The translations under genes and the position numbers were made by a program. From assembly GCF_000009045.1 (NCBI RefSeq), contig NC_000964.3, positions 2,670,001 through 2,702,000 on the forward strand: a stretch of DNA of 32,000 nt, in the 5' to 3' direction. Shown here piece by piece: positions 29,244-32,000 of the stretch. The DNA comes from Bacillus subtilis subsp. subtilis str. 168 (lineage in GTDB: Bacteria; Bacillota; Bacilli; Bacillales; Bacillaceae). Each line of letters opens with the position of its first letter. The stretch's first letter is position 1. The notes under the pieces are model-generated. The model was not told where the DNA came from, searched no databases, and was given only the letters and a program-made list of their open reading frames with translations.

Positions 29244-29367
29244 ACGCAGTTAGTTTATTATTATTTATTTCTGTTTATTATGTTTAATTCTGTTTACTAA
29301 TAAGATTTAGATTCTCATTTATATTTCATTCATACCCTCATTTAAAAAGTGATTTTGAATCCTTTAC

Positions 29368-29392
29368 AAACCCTTACGTGACAAGGGTTTTT
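29368..29392 (+). terminator. sknR transcription terminator
   Basis: AAACCCTT-ACGTGAC-AAGGGTTT followed by TTGTTGTTTTT. Confidence 0.7.
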
Positions 29393-29509
29393 GTTGTTTT
29401 TCTCATTTATATTTTCATTTATGTTTCTTTTATATTCTCATGTAAAAAAATTGAGCGTTTATTGTGAGGGAAATTGCAGAGTATCGAAATGGGAAAAGAG
29501 GGCTTCTTG

Positions 29510-29677
29510 TTAAAAACCTTGCAAAGTGTATGTGAAAAAAATAAACAATACAATTATCGTAACAACAATAATTGTTTCTTTAATAAAATTTTTATTATCT
29601 TCATTCTTTTGTTTCTTTTTTTTAATCTCTTCTCTGTATTTTCTTTGAACCTCTTTCTTCTTATCATTATTTTTCAT
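29510..29677 (-). CDS. Candidate 55-aa single-pass membrane microprotein (not in ORF track)
   Basis: MKNNDKKKEVQRKYREEIKKKKQKNEDNKNFIKETIIVVTIIVLFIFFTYTLQGF with RBS AAAGGAG 7 nt upstream. Confidence 0.6.
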   Translation of the reverse strand: MKNNDKKKEVQRKYREEIKKKKQKNEDNKNFIKETIIVVTIIVLFIFFTYTLQGF

Positions 29678-30032
29678 GATTAAACTCCTTTGAAGTCCAT
29701 TTATTCCCTTGCCCCTATCATTTGCAATTGTAATAATTCACTAATGATTACACCAACAAAAAAGGATCGGCAAGTGCTTTTCACTCAATGGTAACCAACA
29801 TAAGCACTAGCTGGACAGGTTTTAGGATGTATCTAATCGTTGAGGTTCCATTTCCTGCAACTGATCCAAAAACTTCCTTATGAAGAACAATCTCTTCTCT
29901 GTTGTGGGGATGCTACCAAAAATAGTAGGCAAATTGATAGCGGTATTAAAAAAACAGCTCATTAAATGCCATACTGGAACTGTCTTTGATTTTTGGATTT
30001 ATTTTCTGATGCAGCTATTGCTATCCGTTAGT

Positions 30033-30569
30033 TTAATTAGAACTCAGATAATCCAAGACACGGTCAACTCTTTCATTGACTGAGCAGTCGTCTTCAATCT
30101 TTAACACTGGACAAGATAAATCTGCCATCCAATGTTCATGCAAAGCTCTACTTCTAACTTCCATTCCAGCATTATCATATAAAGAAGCCCACTCTAAAAA
30201 TGTTTTTGATTGTTCATATTTACTGCCACCGGCTAACACTTCGTTTCCATAACGCTGAAATTCCCTGTGCCTTAGTCTCTCAAGCCGTATATCTTGTGGA
30301 ATCCATAAGAAGACGACAAGGTCAAAATAACTTTTTAGATTATCGCCCCAGCCACACACTGCACCAGAAAGAATCCATTTTTCATTGATTGTTAAGTCTT
30401 TTTCAAGCAACTTTCTTCTTTCAGGAATTTCTCTTTTTTTAGTGAATTTGTCTAACCAATAGTAATTATCAGTATCAAGATGCGTATGAGGCAAACGCTT
30501 TGATAATGCAGCACCCAATGTTGAAGTTCCGACACCAGAGGCTCCCAATATGTGAATATTTTTTTTCAT
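30033..30569 (-). CDS. yqaC: Adenylate kinase/P-loop NTPase-like protein YqaC
   Basis: 178 aa, P-loop GASGVGTSTLG, RBS AAGGAGGGG. Confidence 0.87.
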   Translation of the reverse strand: MKKNIHILGASGVGTSTLGAALSKRLPHTHLDTDNYYWLDKFTKKREIPERRKLLEKDLTINEKWILSGAVCGWGDNLKSYFDLVVFLWIPQDIRLERLRHREFQRYGNEVLAGGSKYEQSKTFLEWASLYDNAGMEVRSRALHEHWMADLSCPVLKIEDDCSVNERVDRVLDYLSSN

Positions 30570-30837
30570 ACTTCCCCTCCTTATTAAGCAACCAAACTCC
30601 CTGTTTGTTGCATAACGTACTTACTATTATTTTGACATAAATCCCTAAAAGACCTTTACTTTTCGAGGGAAATCCAGATGCGTGTTAAAATCATAATACT
30701 TACGAAAACAGTCATGATTAAACGGATTCATATTCCATCTCCTTAGACGCATTTTCCTATGAAAAAAGTCTTGATTTCCATATAATATTTAAACGAATCC
30801 AATTTTTAGATTGTCGTCTTTAAGGAGGTTTTTCATC

Positions 30838-31356
30838 TTGAGGTATACAAACAGTCATTTAGAGGATTGGATTGAAAACTTATACAAGAAGATTGATATT
30901 ACAGAACCAGAACAAATTAATTTTGAACGGATTGCCGAGGCTTTAGATATCAGGCTTTCGTTTAAACCTGTTACAAGCTTCGCACTTAAACACAGCGGAA
31001 TTTATAATATATGCTTGGACAGCCGTAAAAGCCGAACTGAACAATGGTATGATTTTGCTCATGAATTTTGCCATATATATAGACATGAAGGCGATAAAAA
31101 AACAATGCCTGCAACTTGGACTGATTATTTGGATTGGCAGTCCAATTATTTTACATATCACTTTTGCATTCCAACTTGCATGTTGCGTAATATCAACCTT
31201 CCGTACATACAATCACATGCAATTGAAAATGTAGCTTGGTTATTTAAGGTATCCCCTTCATTCGCTAAGAAACGTTTAAGCATTTATTACAGGAAACTGA
31301 CTCAACATTTATTTAGTCAAACTGTTACGGGAAATTTATGCCCCCCCTTTTTGTAA
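30838..31356 (+). CDS. yqaB: ImmA/IrrE-type metallopeptidase YqaB
   Basis: HEFCH zinc-binding motif in [21 protein letters not shown] start after TTAAGGAGG gives 172 aa; the track start is 30811. Confidence 0.87.
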   Translation: MRYTNSHLEDWIENLYKKIDITEPEQINFERIAEALDIRLSFKPVTSFALKHSGIYNICLDSRKSRTEQWYDFAHEFCHIYRHEGDKKTMPATWTDYLDWQSNYFTYHFCIPTCMLRNINLPYIQSHAIENVAWLFKVSPSFAKKRLSIYYRKLTQHLFSQTVTGNLCPPFL

Positions 31357-31754
31357 TGAATAATGAAATCCTCATGCATTTGCGCGCATTGAAAAAAACA
31401 AAAAAAGACGTCTCCCTTCACGATCCGATCGGGCAGGATAAGGAAGGGAATGAAATAAGCCTGATTGACGTTTTGAAATCAGAAAACGAAGACGTGATAG
31501 ATACGATCCAGCTCAATATGGAGCTTGAAAAAGTGAAACAATACATTGACATTTTAGATGACCGTGAGAAGGAAGTGATTGTCGGGCGGTTTGGACTTGA
31601 TTTGAAGAAGGAAAAAACGCAGCGAGAGATTGCCAAAGAACTCGGTATCTCACGCAGCTATGTATCGCGGATTGAAAAGCGGGCGCTGATGAAGATGTTT
31701 CATGAGTTTTATCGGGCAGAGAAGGAAAAGCGGAAGAAGGCGAAGGGGAAATAA
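31338..31754 (+). CDS. spoIIIC: C-terminal portion of sigma-K (region 4), disrupted by the skin element
   Basis: [79 protein letters not shown]... is sigma-K; the initial residues derive from element sequence. Confidence 0.95.
   Translation: MPPLFVMNNEILMHLRALKKTKKDVSLHDPIGQDKEGNEISLIDVLKSENEDVIDTIQLNMELEKVKQYIDILDDREKEVIVGRFGLDLKKEKTQREIAKELGISRSYVSRIEKRALMKMFHEFYRAEKEKRKKAKGK
31362..31366. promoter_or_regulatory. Element/chromosome junction, presumed SpoIVCA crossover core AATGA
   Basis: AATGA followed by AATCCTCATGCATTTGCG, the continuous sigK sequence. A second AATGA lies at 31355-31359. Confidence 0.7.
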
Positions 31755-31762
31755 TGCAGAAG

Positions 31763-31790
31763 AAGCCGGATCTCATACTCCGGCTTTCTC
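31763..31790 (+). terminator. sigK (spoIIIC) terminator
   Basis: AAGCCGGA-TCTCATAC-TCCGGCTT followed by TCTC. Confidence 0.7.
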
Positions 31791-31820
31791 TATTTGAAAG
31801 AGTTATGAAAATCATTTTTT

Positions 31821-32000
31821 TCATCGCTGATAAGCTCTCCGAGAAAGACAGGCAGGATCGTAACAAATAACTTGACTTATAATCCTCCCGCAGGCATTCA
31901 AAGCCGGACGTTCTAAAAGCTCTCCTGAGAAAATCCTTAGATCGGTATACTTCAGTACATCTTTAGTCCCTGCTTTCTTTATACAGGCCTCGATCTGGCT
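31821..32000 (-). CDS. Partial ORF of unknown function entering from the right edge
   Basis: Reverse strand open: SQIEACIKKAGTKDVLKYTDLRIFSGELLERPALNACGRIISQVICYDPACLSRRAYQR*. Confidence 0.35.
   Translation of the reverse strand, partial: SQIEACIKKAGTKDVLKYTDLRIFSGELLERPALNACGRIISQVICYDPACLSRRAYQR

Noticed and set aside
29474-29683. 69-aa plus-strand ORF MQSIEMGKEG...
   Set aside because: No convincing RBS. The opposite strand has a better supported small ORF. It cannot be fully excluded.
29740-30083. Possible gene remnant or 67-aa ORF between sknR and yqaC
   Set aside because: Short open stretches in several frames, but no RBS and no recognisable family, so the evidence is too weak for a gene or pseudogene call.
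30691-30759. 22-aa ORF MRVKIIILTKTVMIKRIHIPSP upstream of yqaB
   Set aside because: GAGGGAAAT lies upstream, but spacing and composition are unremarkable and no family matches a known signalling peptide. Insufficient support.
1-32000. CRISPR arrays, tRNA or rRNA genes, IS elements
   Set aside because: No regularly spaced repeats with spacers, tRNA/rRNA-like sequence, or transposase coding region was recognised on either strand.

Overview
This window is about 32 kb of a Bacillus subtilis-group sigK-intervening prophage-like element ("skin"). It runs from baseplate genes on the left to the element/chromosome boundary on the right, where the C-terminal part of sigma-K (spoIIIC) starts. Reading leftward on the minus strand: repressor/early region (sknR, yqaF, yqaG, yqaH, yqaI), recombination/replication genes (yqaJ, yqaK, yqaL, yqaM, yqaN, yqaO), late regulator (yqaQ), terminase (yqaS/yqaT), portal, head, connector, contractile tail sheath and tube, tail chaperone, tape measure and baseplate (yqbA to yqbT). 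Gene symbols come from recognising the protein sequences from memory, not from a search. The known families are well described, so the interest is in details the ORF track does not show. These are: (i) a canonical A-AAA-AAC -1 slippery heptamer at the 3' end of yqbN, opening a 60-aa tail-chaperone extension; (ii) a BsrE/BsrH-type toxin ORF (GTG start) in a different frame from the listed ORF, next to txpA/ratA, in a toxin island bounded by terminators; (iii) membrane-anchored AT-rich accessory genes (yqaR, yqbC) that interrupt the late operon and have their own terminators and, for yqbC, a promoter; (iv) an intrinsic-terminator-like hairpin just upstream of the yqaQ ribosome binding site; (v) three phased GTGCAC-centred palindromes in terS; (vi) four operator-like dyads, two of which sit in promoter spacers, between sknR and yqaF; (vii) several unlisted small ORFs with strong ribosome binding sites. 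I do not see a convincing new multi-gene system. The best candidates for undescribed function are the accessory genes yqaR, yqbC, yqaP and a 55-aa membrane microprotein ORF.
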